Part shown: positions 51,619 through 64,000 of the stretch, in pieces | Layout: each line of letters starts with the position of its first letter | Numbering within the stretch: the stretch's first letter is position 1 | NCBI RefSeq assembly: GCF_031769215.1 | Contig: NW_026781868.1 | Span: 62,001-126,000 of the forward strand | Reading direction: 5' to 3' | Origin: Ylistrum balloti | Lineage: Eukaryota | DNA: 64,000 bases | Program-made: the position numbers and the translations under genes | The notes under the pieces: generated by a model | Told to the model about the DNA's origin: nothing | What the model saw: only the letters and a program-made list of their open reading frames with translations | Databases searched by the model: none

Positions 51619-53191
51619 CTTGATAATGCTATGGTAGCTTGAGATGGTAATTTGAATGTAACGTTGCAAACTGTGTATGATATTAAGCTGTAATAATTTT
51701 GAGTGTGTCAGACGCTCGATAACTTAAGCGCGTCATGGTTATTTGAATGGTGTTTGACACGTAACGGGTACTCGAAGATGTGCAAATTTAGGAACGTTGT
51801 TGATTGTCGAGAAATGAATTTGAGTGTGAGTAGTAAGTAATAGAAATATCTGGTAACAAGATAACAACGGCAGAGTGGTTCCGAATTCAGGGAAGGTAAT
51901 TTACTGATTGCAAGTTATTTCGATGGGGTTATATTTCTCAATATTTTAAGGAGTGGAGCAAAATCGCGAATAACAGATACAATTTACATTGAAAGTGAAG
52001 ATAGAGGCAATCATTCAGTTTTCGTCACTTTCTTGTGAAACCACGAAGAAGTATGGCGTATAAGGACCAATTATCACCTATTTGTCGACCGCATTCAGAC
52101 GGCCTACCAAACAAAAATCGTTTCAGTATTGCGTCATTGCGTAAGTTGGCGTCATTTTTGGTCCTCGAGCACTTTTCTGTTTCAAAAGTTTGTGTCTCTC
52201 GTAGAGTGCGGATGCAGTTGAACTCGATATTGTTCTGGAGACAAGAATATAAAATATTAATTGTCAAAATACGTCCTGGTTGTTTGAATGTAGATTAACA
52301 TTACAACGTCGTGTGATTGAAATATATTTAAGGAGCTTAAAATGTGTACTACAGCTTTTTTTTTATGTGCACCAACGCGATTTTGACGGTGCACGTGTAC
52401 TAAGCATTGTTCTTGTAGCATTTTAACATAGGTACGTTTTAGGGATAGGTGCATGGTTTGTTGTTAAAATTTAAAATGCGTATAAAAACTCTGATGTTAT
52501 ATGTATTCCTTTGTTTTTTTAACATCTTAGACTGAATAATTAAAGTGCCGGAACACTATCTACAGGTATTAATTTTAAAGTCATATTTTACAACCGAATG
52601 TGTTGATGTTTTGTAAATGTCTGCGTTAGTATTGGATGTTGGGTAATTGATAATTCATTCATCACCTGACTATCCACCTAGCCCTAATAATTCACTTTCT
52701 CATTGGTCAATACAAACATGCTGTACATGAATTGACTCAACATGAACGCAAGAATTCTCAACATATCTATTGTGGCAGTAGATATGACAATAAAGCACGT
52801 GAAATTCCCAACATGGTTGTCTCGCTTCGAGACAATGCATGTTATAATGAAGAACATGGAATTCTCTGCATGTCTTCCGTGCGTTGAGACAATGGCTATG
52901 ATAACCACGTGATCATTTCAACGTCCCCCGTGGCAGGTTGTCAGTATACCCCATGTAACTATTCACCCACCCAGACATTTGGCACGTGATTTACCTGCCA
53001 TAATACGTATTTCTCCTGACATTTTGAATTCTAACTATTTACACAGTCTACGCATACCTTACGGTCCGCATTTAGGAAGAGTTTTGCGAGCAAGGTATTA
53101 ATGCTGCTTCTCCTCAGCGTTTGATTCCTATCAGTATACCAATGACCTCCAAAACAAGGAAGTTAGTGGGATACATGTAACAAACATATGC

Positions 53192-53451
53192 GTCGCCATA
53201 GCGACGGAAGTAGAGAGTCACGGCCTGTAAGTCAGTGCATTTACAGCTCACGTGCATCAGGTGCTAGACGTTTTATTTATGTATCACACAGGACACGCGC
53301 AATATAACTTGATCCGGCCAAACATTCGGTTTGACCCGTGGAGTCGTCACTGGAAACAAAATTTGAAAAGAAATCTGTTGGAATTTTAATTGAGACACGC
53401 GTCGTGGCCAAGTAACGCACATGTCTGATTTAGTGATCCAAGATGGCGCCG
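53192..53451. promoter_or_regulatory. Candidate promoter: near-palindromic RFX X-box, ETS core and YY1 motif
   Basis: GTCGCCATAGCGAC at 53192-205, immediately followed by GGAAGT; a GTAAGT donor at 53227; CAAGATGGCGCC at about 53440. Confidence 0.4.
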
Positions 53452-55417
53452 ACAGATAGTTGAGCAAGCTCTATGCAGAAGAGAGTTATTTGTTGTTTAT
53501 GTCTTTCTCAAAAGGGCCATTACGTCACTAAGGAATTCAACCCCCTTTTGGAATGACTTTCTAAAGTACAATCGTTAAGAAGTACGAGGAACGCTTTCAA
53601 TAAAAAGAAAAAAGGGGATTCTCGCCGAGTTTTCATCGTTTAGCATTATCTCTAATTATCATAATGATGTTCATATTTGTTTTGAATTCAAAATACTGGA
53701 TAAAACATAAGCAGTATATGTCAATCTAATTGCGTTTTAATCAGTTCCAAATCTCGTCTTGATGGGTTGTTTAAGTTTACCGGGACTACAAGTACACAAA
53801 ACCCAGAAGTAAACAACCATTTTCTTTAATTAATCTAATTAACTACGTAAACGAGCTCAGAAGTGAAAGTGTCCGACTAGGCTGCTGTATCTATTTACGT
53901 TACTGCGCAACACATTCCGGCTAAGTGCAGTTCAGTGACCTTTTTCAGTCCTTTTTTTATTACCTTTTTCCTGATAATTCCGTGTACACTATCATTGTCA
54001 TTTTCACGGGTCGAAATTTTCGCGATTTGCTTTTAAAACGATCGAATCCCATCTCGTCGTAATCAATTTCCCCGCAGACTCGTTGACAGGCGATTTTGTG
54101 TTTCGTCACTATAATATGTGTGTCAATGTAGTTTTCATTTTATTACTATCTTATAAACTCTTCTGATTGTTTGATACCCCTTGATCTGCTCATTTTTGCA
54201 CTGAATCCCTGAATGCATGGTTATACGTTTTCAATGTGTCAAACAGCAGTTTACGTAGTTAAGTTGTCATTCGCCTATTGGTCATCCAACTCATAAACAT
54301 AGTATCACTATTTTTCTCTCAAGTTGATTGAAAAGAAATATGTTTTACTATAAAGTATCAGCTATGTAAGTGTTGTGTAATATGATACCACCCTGTTGTA
54401 TTATTGTTTTCATAGAGATCTTCTATACATTGTGTCTGACCTTTGTGAAAGTTGTGTGTTGGTAGGTCGTCAAGAATGCTTTCATGTTTCTGTGTGATAG
54501 TGAACTAAATATACAACAACATTATCATTCAGACACGAAATCATCTAAGTGAGAATAGAACAAAATAACGTAAAAATGTACATGAAGAACAAGTAAATGG
54601 AGTATCCACTCTTCAACCATATGTTCCGGGAGGGTAAACGTTTTCTGCTTCATTAAGTACATCCTTCTTGTAAATCTAGGTTATTCCTGTAATTTTGTGT
54701 TTTCAAATGAGAACGAGGTGTTTTAAGTGCAAAATTTCTATTTTGTTTGATAAAAAAATCATACCAGTGCCAGCATTCCAAGGGCAGTACGCAGTCTACT
54801 GATAATAGTAAAATTTTCAATCGGAATCGCATGCTTGAGCTATCCTGACGGTAAATCTTTATATCACTCGCTATACAGCTTTTGATCGATTTGTTTACGG
54901 CGTTGAACTTCCTTGCAACAGCCAGGATGAAATGAGCACATATGTCAAGAGGGAAGCCAAAGGTGGAAATCATAGCAATGATAGATAATGATTTGAGAGA
55001 AAAGAAACTGTAAAGATGTAATGGGGGACAGCAGATATATGTCGGTCTCTTTAATGTCACCTCAGCGGAGGACATTGAGACAAAACCCCAGACACGTCAG
55101 TGAATCAATGATGGTCTGTATCCAAATATGAAATATTTCGGTATTTTCGCTTGTGGGTTAAGTCCTAGTGGGGAAAAAGTTCGTTCTATAGTATATGTAT
55201 TTATAAATGACAACATCTCCCCACCTATCTCTAAAAGATAGAGAGATGCCTGTATTTAACGTAGTATCGATGACATATTCATTACCACAATTTCGAACCA
55301 TCATGATTTTGATGATACATTATCAGGACAATGTCTTAAAAGGCATGTTTAATTCAAGGGCATTTTGCTTAAAACGGAGACGTGGAACAAAGATCGCTTG
55401 ATAGAACAGCAATTATC

Positions 55418-56290
55418 TAACCTGTATGACTGCGTAGTGTGTCAGTTTAATGTAAGGCAGTCCCTTTAACCTGTATGACTGCGTGGTATGTCAGTTGTAT
55501 GTTCTGTATGTTTGTGTAGAATGTCAGTTGCATGTAAGTAGGTTCTTTTAACCTGTATGAATGCGTAGAATGTCATTTGTATGTAAGTAGGTTCTTCTAA
55601 CCTGTATGACTGCGTAGTATGTCAGTTGAATGTAAGGCAGTCCCTTTAACCTGTATGACTGTGTAGTATGTCAGTTGTATGTAAGGCGGTCCCTTTAATC
55701 TGTATGTTTGTGTAGAATGTCAGTTGCATGTAAGTAGGTTCTTTTAACCTGTATGACTGCGTAGAATGTCAGTTGTATGTAAGTAGGTTCTTCTAACCTG
55801 TATGACTGCGTAGTATATCACTTGTATGTAAGGCAGTCCCTTTAACCTGTATGTTAGGCGGTCTCTCTTACCTGTATGACTGTGTAGTATGTCAGTTGTA
55901 TGTAAGGCAGTCCCTTTAACCTGTATGTTAGGCGGTCTCTCTTACCTGTATGACTGTGTAGTATGTCAGTTGTATGTAAGGCAGTCCCTTTAACCTGTAT
56001 GTTAGGCGGTCTCTCTTACCTGTATGACTGTGTAGTATGTCAGTTGTATGTAAGGCAGTCCCTTTAACCTGTATGTTAGGCGGTCTGTCTTACCTGTATG
56101 ACTGTGTAGTATATATGTTATAAGGTTTCTCTAAACAGTAGCACTTTGTAGTATGTAAATCGAATGTTAGGCGGTACCTCTAAGCTGTATGAATGTGTTG
56201 TATGTAAGGTATATGTTAGTAGGCTCCTCTAAACTATATTACTGTGTATTATGTCAGTTTTATGAGAGGCGGTCCTTCAAAAGATATGTC
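55418..56290. repeat. Complex minisatellite of about 49-bp units grading into a 74-bp higher-order repeat
   Basis: AACCTGTATGACTG(C/T)GTAGTATGTCAGTTGTATGTAAGGCAGTCCCTTT variants; near-identical 74-bp units at 55871, 55945 and 56019. Confidence 0.93.
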
Positions 56291-59200
56291 AGTTGCACGT
56301 GTCCGTTCAGTAGCTTCCTCTGTAACCTTGAGATGACCATGATTTAAATGCATTTGGATGACCTCGGAAGCTACGTCTGCTAATGACTAACACCTGTTTC
56401 TGACTTCCGAGTGTAAACATTCCCGCATACCGTCACACATTTCCCCTCACTAATCCGTTCCATTAAACAATAGTTTCTTTACCAAAAATATTCTGCCTGT
56501 TTTACGTTCCATAAATAAACGTCAAAACTAGAACAGACCAGTGGCCTGACGTCACCAGCCAAGATACCCTGGAATAATGTGCCGACTGTATAGAGAACTG
56601 GAGAAACCATTAGGCCGAGCCTGTGAGTACGGACCAACATTGGGTCGCTTCATTAGGCTGGCTTTGTTCTTTGTATACGCCTTAGCCCTCAGTCGAAGAA
56701 ATGATTATCTGGGCTACAAGGAGTATACTTTCACAAGGGTATCGAGAGTGCAAGCAATAAAACCGGAACTGGTTCGGCTTAGCTCGGTACAGCGTCTGTA
56801 TACTAGATACAGATTATCGGCTATCGGTGGCTTCAATTATAGATACACTATCTTGGTGTATTGCTGAGAAGGAGGTGAGAGATACAGGTACACGATAGAA
56901 CGAGCTTAGGGGAGAACTTGGTGAAGTTGTGTTTTCATAACATTCAAAATAATGGTTTGATCGTTTGGTATACATGACCTTCAATTCGTTTCTCTTCTTA
57001 TCAGATTCATGAAAGATTGTCTTTGTGAAATGAAATTTAGAAAATTGGTGTATTTTAATTGTTCTTATTCAAATTCTAAGATTTGTAAACACATGGGAGA
57101 GTAGTTATGTTTAGGTACGAACCTATTGAAGCCTGCATCCTTGAGAGATAGCGATAAACGGATAGTTTCTATGGTTGCAAATTAGGTGAGGGCTCTATAC
57201 ACTTCAGGAATGGTAAGAGACACCTCGGGCTGTGTGGGGGAAGGTTACAGTCACAAAAGTAATAGACAATATACAGGAAGGCAAGGCTAGCAGTGAATAT
57301 TGTACCACTATGTACGATAACTACAGCCAATTATAGAACTAATAGTCAAAACGAATCATGATATGATATTGTACATTTCTACAAAAATTCATTAAACGAG
57401 CAGATGAGCTTTTATCAGCCAAGCCTTTGGCGAAAGAAAATGAAAATATTTTAGCGAGTTTCATAATATTATGAGAAATTAACTCTGATTGGATCCCTTT
57501 TTATAGCATGATTAAAACTGTTTGCAATTATAGAAGAATGTTTGACATTCTAAAGGATTCTTGGTGTTACTACTTACATGTAAAACGTCTCTATTTCGAT
57601 GTCAATTAATAATCTGCAATTGTACGATGTTAACTGATAATATGACGTCACAATAGAGTGTATAATATGGCAAAAACACTATTTATTAAGTGAATTGATA
57701 TGATTAAAGCAAGATCCCACATTACACTTCACACCATATGCCTCGTTTCACGTAACGAGGTACGAAGTGAAACGCGAGACCTGACCTTTTAAATTAGATT
57801 AGCAAAACATAGCATGAGGGAATGTCATTTTAAGTTGTTGTTTTGTATGATAATTTTTCCACCAAATGTGTTTTTTAAGTACACAGACTTATACATAAGC
57901 CGTATTGATAGTTTTTGCATATTTAATACATTGACAAAATTTGAAATCTCGCGAGTTGATGACAAACTGACATGACACGAAAGAAATATATCAGAGTTGT
58001 CTCTCTTGTTTCATTAAAGCCAGTAATAACTTTAATACTCCCGTGTTTATTTTCATCAGGGATAAAAGATTAGCAAAGTTTTATTTCTTGTAAGCATGGT
58101 CATGTCTGGATGATTTTAAACCTTGATAAAAGTTGACAAGTGACACCTTCCAAAATATCCTACTAACGGGGCCAGGAGGGGCGGTCTTTTGTTTTGTTTT
58201 TCTTTTAATCCTGTCACTCATCAGTTTCGATCTACATATTTTGCTAGTGGAATAGAAACTCCCGCGGTAATTCTGAAACAAAATCGTGGACGATACGAAA
58301 AGACAATTAGGATAAGACACTGACACGATATAATCATTAACCAACAGTGGAACTAACGGGTGTTTTTAGCACGACATTGTATACACTACCTCTCGTTAGC
58401 GAAGTATAATTAGAGATCTATAGAACCCCAGTTTTACAGAACAATATACCTACAGTATAGACAGTGTTCCTCTGGCCTATAGCCATTCAGCGGTCCTTAG
58501 ACTACACTGTTACCCGCTAACCTCAATTTCCGAATTCCTTTTAGACGCTATACATCGCCTACCTGCAGTTTGTGTACTTGGTTCTGTAGATTGCCCCACT
58601 GCCCCAGTTCTCGTCTGCTAGTTGAGAAATTAGATGTTTTTAGATATAGACGTTGGCAGATAAGGTTTATGATGAGAAATTGTATATTCTTTTCAGTTTT
58701 AGTATTTTTCTTCTTACGAAAATCGGTGAAGATTGAGAGATGATTGGTCTGGTTGTTTGTTGTGTTTATTTACAAGACTACTGCTGCGTAATGACGAAAT
58801 GTAGTCGTTACTAAATCATGACAAAATACAATATGTTTAACGAAATATCTCGACCTGACATCGAGGATAGTAGATATAAGAGCAAGCTATGATTAATAGC
58901 GAAAACATGAAAACCTTGTGTTACGTAGGCCTAGAAGTGTCAATCCATCAAAAAGACGTGATGTTTCGTTACTCGGTCAACTACTTCTGTAAAAATAGAA
59001 AATCGTCAAATACTAGGAATACTTAACGCTGGAGGAGATGTTAACAAAATGTGTTCATCGGCATATAGCGTTGCTGAAGAGTTCCAAACCCAGTATACAT
59101 CACAACAAGGAAATTTACGATGATAGACGTTTCAGTAAAACAAGTAATAACACCCAGGGAGGTAACCGAGATTACTAACCCAACCAGACTGTTGTAATAA

Positions 59201-62200
59201 CCGGAACAGATGTCATTTTTTCCTACCGTGTAAAAAATGTGTGTAGATAGTGTAGCTATCGGATTCAATGATTTACTCACCTCGGTTTTTCGCAGTATAG
59301 AGGCATTATATGACGTGAAGAAAGAAAGGGTGATAAATATCCTTCTGGTAACATCTTCTCTCGCATGACCTTGACTAAACATAGTATTATCATGTTAGTA
59401 ACTTAATTGGTTATGATCGCGGTCTTCTGTGGAATAGATAATCAGTTTATAGGGAAAATATCCTAAACATCAAACCCTGTAAACAGGAAAGTGATAGAGT
59501 CAAACACACAGAGAATACCTAGTTTTATGCGTGATAATTCAATACTAAATAATTTAATCTCCTGAAACGCCGAGTTGCTAAGAATGACAGGAACTGGTAG
59601 ATGCCTCCATCTTTCAGTGATATTTTTTCCTATTATGTGTTCTCCCCGGAATTGTTTTGGTTTAAGATCCATATATGTTGAATCTAAGTGAAGTATTGAA
59701 TACAAACGTAATTAGTCTGGGCGATCGCCAAAAAATAACCAAGCTTTTCATTTATCATTTCAAACGAGATTTATGAAACTCGGGCAGACGTTTTTGTAAT
59801 GTTTCTCGATTAAAATATATTGCAAAAACTTCAAAATGACTGCACATTACCTTCGTTTCATATACCTTATTACGTCTTTAAACAGTTCAAAATTGACATC
59901 TTTCACTTAAATGACACAAACTTTGAACCTTTGATATTTTTTTTCTTACCTGTGTATATAAATGACAGGCAACACAATTGTATTTTGAATTGTCACTAGT
60001 TATAAAGGCATGTGTTGATATACTGATGACTTAGACAGGTGAACAAAGCCAGCAGGTTGTCTTTTGATTATCGAGGTGTATCTCGGATTGTACAGCGGTA
60101 TGTTTTCAAGTGCATTCACTTTTTAAACTCTCGTATTTACAAAGTTGGCCCCCCTGGAGCACAAAGTCAAATTGCGTGTGTACGAATTACCAGTGGTAGC
60201 GGGAGAAATGCATGGCCTTGTGAAACAACACATTACAAAGACTAACGACACCTCCCACACGGCTGATTTAACTGATGATCCGAATGACGCTATTCCGGGT
60301 ATTGGGGTGTTCAAATTAGGCATATACGTAAGATAGTTGGACACACACATTCTGCTTTATAGGTAACTTTTAAGGAATTATCTTTACAATGTCTTCAACA
60401 AAGAGTTCCATCAACTCCTATGGATAGAACCGCTAGTCCGAATCAAATGCGCTCGAAAAATGGACCTCCCGAGCGAAGAACATGCGAGGTAACTATCATG
60501 AGATGGGTGTGTCTATGAGGGTTGGGAGGAGTGGGGGTCACGGGGGAAACTTTACCCAAAATGGCGCAGCTGAGATTTAGGAAGGTTTCAGGAAGATTTA
60601 CAATGACTCTATCAAGACATTTTATATAATAATAATGAAGACTAGATTTGACAGTTTAATCGGTGTCATTTCTGTGTGAAAAGAATATTTTATCTATTTA
60701 TAAAGAAACACTCCGTGGAGAAGTATTGGTAGTTAGGGCCTTAGTCTGTACCGCCACAGAATGGTGATCTGAGTTACTTCTTCATGATCTACGTTATATT
60801 GAGGTCACGGTTTGTTAACAAGATATCTTGTCATATTTAACGATCTTTAACTGTATTATCGCCGGAGGGGTCTTACTCTGGAAGAAAACATGAAAATCCA
60901 ATTATAATCTCCTAATCTTATGTTTTATTTTAAATAAAAAAAATACAGTATTCTATTTTCTTAAATATTGTACTGAATTCATATAACCAAATATCAGACT
61001 AGAAAATTCGTTTTTCGACTCCAGTTCGGTTTGTACAGATCACATGGCGCAATTAACAAACATTGTCTGGTAGTTCACTGTTTCTTGGCTACTTTTATTT
61101 TTCAACTTCTATTACATAAAATAATTTAAACTAAAAAATTGTCTAAATGAAGTGTATTTAAAAATCATCAGAGAGAAATCAAAATGTCAAGTTTTAACTG
61201 TTATGTGGTCAACTTTGTAGGATTCATTATAATCAATTAGGGCAAGTTTGTTTGTTTAATCGATAAGTATTGTTATTACGTTTCCACAAGATTATCATAC
61301 AACATACAGATTGTCGAAAGATCTGAAAGAACACTGATCCGACAGAAAGGCATAATATGGCCATAAAGAAAATATAAATTTTGGGTTCAAATTGCTTCTG
61401 GACTCTTTATCCTACCAGGTTTTTCGATATCACTGTATTGTTGACAAATTATAATTTTAATGTTTTATGAAAGAGGCAAAGTTCTTTCACAAAGCCCAGT
61501 GGTTATATTAAACAATCAAGGTTGAAATAGAATATTCCGTTTCGCGCGCATGTATTCTCGTCACACAGAGTCGTTAAGTTATTTATGTCTCTTACTTTAC
61601 GTAAAACTGTGCACATGCATCATGTGTTGGAATGCCACCGAACACGGCTAAGGTCAAATGTCACCACTGTCTGGAGGTGTAGACTTGTGTGAAATATGTC
61701 TACATCTCGCGTGTACGTGCACGGTCCCGCTCGCGCACCCAGCCACACGCAGGAGCGTGCAGTTGTCGATAGACCAGTCAGATGCCCGGACCTTTATACA
61801 TCATCAGACAGAGTTGTTCACTACAGACCAATATCAATGCTGTTGGAAATGCCAAACGTTCTCAATAAATGTTCCCTTTGTTTGGTCTCTTATCATAGCT
61901 ATATACGCAACATAGAAACTAGGGGATTTGCCTTCAAACTTTTACCAGGTAGAAATATCTGTAGAAGGTATTCAATGTTTCTAAAGAATCAATATACAAG
62001 TCTTTACATTTTAAGAATACATCATAAAAATCTATATGTTTGCCTGTAATCAATTACCTCTCTTAAATCCACGATTTATGTAGCATCAGGCTAATATTTT
62101 ATATTTATGATACAATTTAAAATATATCAAATATTGTTTTGTTTGCATGAGTGTTGTAAATTCACGAATTAGTATTCTTTCATAGATTTTTTTTAAATAA

Positions 62201-62784
62201 TGCATTTATTTAAAATGATAATTAGAAATTGTCAGATGTATCTTCTCATTTCTGTATAGAAAATGGAGGCGTATTACAATAGTTTACAACTAACGTTCGA
62301 TAAAGGTTTTCCCTAAAGAATGCCATTGTGATATGTAATGTATGACAAATGACATGTTTGGGAGACAGCTCTCGGCGAATAGATGTGATCAGAACTGTGT
62401 CCATCTGTGGTGGTCAAGGTGAATTAGGACGTTATCATGTAATCACACAAGACACTCTAATTTTAGTATACCTTACGCAAGAATAGACACAAACACACAA
62501 GAATTATCTCCCCTTGTAGCTATAAACATGATCAGTGTTTATATGGGTGTGTGATGTTTATGACTCTGAAAGTTTTATTCTTCTAATAAATTACCTCCCT
62601 TAAGAGGACCGGTTAAAAATCTCAAGTTATAAAATGACGTTAATTGCACACAGAAGAACTACCCCTGCCACTGATTTTTAGATGCATTCATATTTGTATG
62701 CATTATATCCGAGCTTCCACTTGTTCATTTTGTTTACAGACACCGCGATACAACAGGTGAGACCCTACCCCAGAGAGGGAGGTT

Positions 62785-62960
62785 TCACAGAACCGCAGAC
62801 CACGGATTGTCCCGTTCGGTCGTGGTTGTAGTCCTGTACAATACACGTGAACTCAATTTCCTCGGATAGTATGCGATGGATCTCCCGCATGTTGTTCACA
62901 GAGGTAGTCATCAGCTGCATAAGGGAGACCCTGCCTCAAAATGACCTTGCATTGGCCGTT
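62785..62960 (-). mobile_element. Second, head-less copy of the SINE family seen at 29.3-29.65 kb
   Basis: Shared collinear blocks CACGGA(C/T)TGTCCC, CTCCCGCATGTTGTT (15/15) and (G/A)CC(C/T)...TCAAAATG. Confidence 0.6.
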
Positions 62961-64000
62961 GACGAGGCGAAACGCACGAACAATAAAATAAATATATCTC
63001 TGAATGGATAATCCATATATCAGTCAATCCCCTCTGTACATTGTCGGAAGCATCAATTTCGTAAATTTTCAACAAATTTACTTATATTATCCAGCTATCT
63101 CTCAATCCGGACATTTTTATCGAAGTTGGATGGGTCCTAGCAATGACTTCATCGGGATTTTAAGAAATCATTTTGGATATTATTATTTCATATTGTTTTG
63201 TATAATATGTGGGTATTTAATTCAACTCTGTGTTTTTATCTCACTATTCAAACACGTATTTATGTGCTTCTGGCTTTGACTTTGATAATGAATTCACAAA
63301 CATATTATTTTCAATGCTGGCAGTTTCCATTTCTGAGACATTCTAATATCAAATATGTGCCGCTAGGTAAAAGTTATTTGTATAGTTGTATGTGATTATG
63401 GAGAAAAACTTGAATACAAAAAGTTATTTTCATTGTAGGGAAATGTCTTTATTCAATTCTATAGCGATGAAATAAAAACACAACTACCGTGATATACTGT
63501 TAGATTGGGTTTTGGGCAAATACAACAATTATATGTAAAAGTCCGGAAATATCCAGATCTATTTACATATATACGAACTACTCTGACTTCATTCAGCTTG
63601 TGACAGAAAGCACGTGTTAGTGATGTGTAGGGTGTGACTTTAACGGTCTGGTGTTGTTTACAATGGTCAAATTCTTGTTTACATATCGATAGTCATGTCC
63701 ACATTCCGCGGGTCTTTGGCCGCCGTCCACCCGAGGGCCCCTCACATCTCGATATACTTATGTTTTATGGTCAGGGTTATTAGCCCTACGGCACAAAATG
63801 TGTAGCATCGACAGCTTCACATAAAGAGGAATGAAATCGAATTCTTCTTTGATTAACATAAAACGTAAGCCTCGAAATATTGATTTTACTTAAGCAATGT
63901 TTAGCGTACAATTAACCAGGTATGCTCGTTCTGTTATTGTTTTCGAACACTACAATAGGTAAAATTGTTATTATGTATCAACGAAGCAACACAAAACATG

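Noticed and set aside
39803-56290. Tandem arrays (40, 43, 38 and 49/74 bp; also the 33-bp array) as CRISPR arrays
   Set aside because: There are no unique spacers, no cas genes, and the context is spliceosomal and eukaryotic.
59041-62049. ORFs 59041-59382, 60039-60350 and 61658-62049 as proteins
   Set aside because: They have no recognisable motifs and no consistent splice-phase chain.

Overview
AT-rich, intron-containing eukaryotic (animal) DNA. The repeat families and gene style suggest a bivalve mollusc (inference). Left to right: (1) the last six coding exons of a CWH43/PGAP2IP orthologue (+, 68-5017); (2) AT-rich intergenic DNA with MITEs, HINE/pearl-type repeats, a 33-bp minisatellite and a 1.3-kb Tigger/pogo-like non-autonomous element; (3) an intact single-coding-exon type-I membrane protein with about 19 LRRs (-, 18445-20622); (4) a decayed two-gene DNA transposon (-, about 23.2-26.45 kb), made of a RAG1/Transib-like DDE transposase pseudogene and a spliced upstream gene encoding a Tudor-knot/chromo-barrel domain plus an unnamed domain; (5) SINE remnants; (6) a complete 8-exon TEX26-like gene (+, 34829-43446) with a possible alternative terminal exon and a 40-bp array built from its own splice donor; (7) about 20 kb with minisatellites, promoter-like motifs and several candidate short first exons, but no CDS I can assign. 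All homology calls come from reading motifs by eye; no database search was run. Most short ORFs in the supplied track are spurious.
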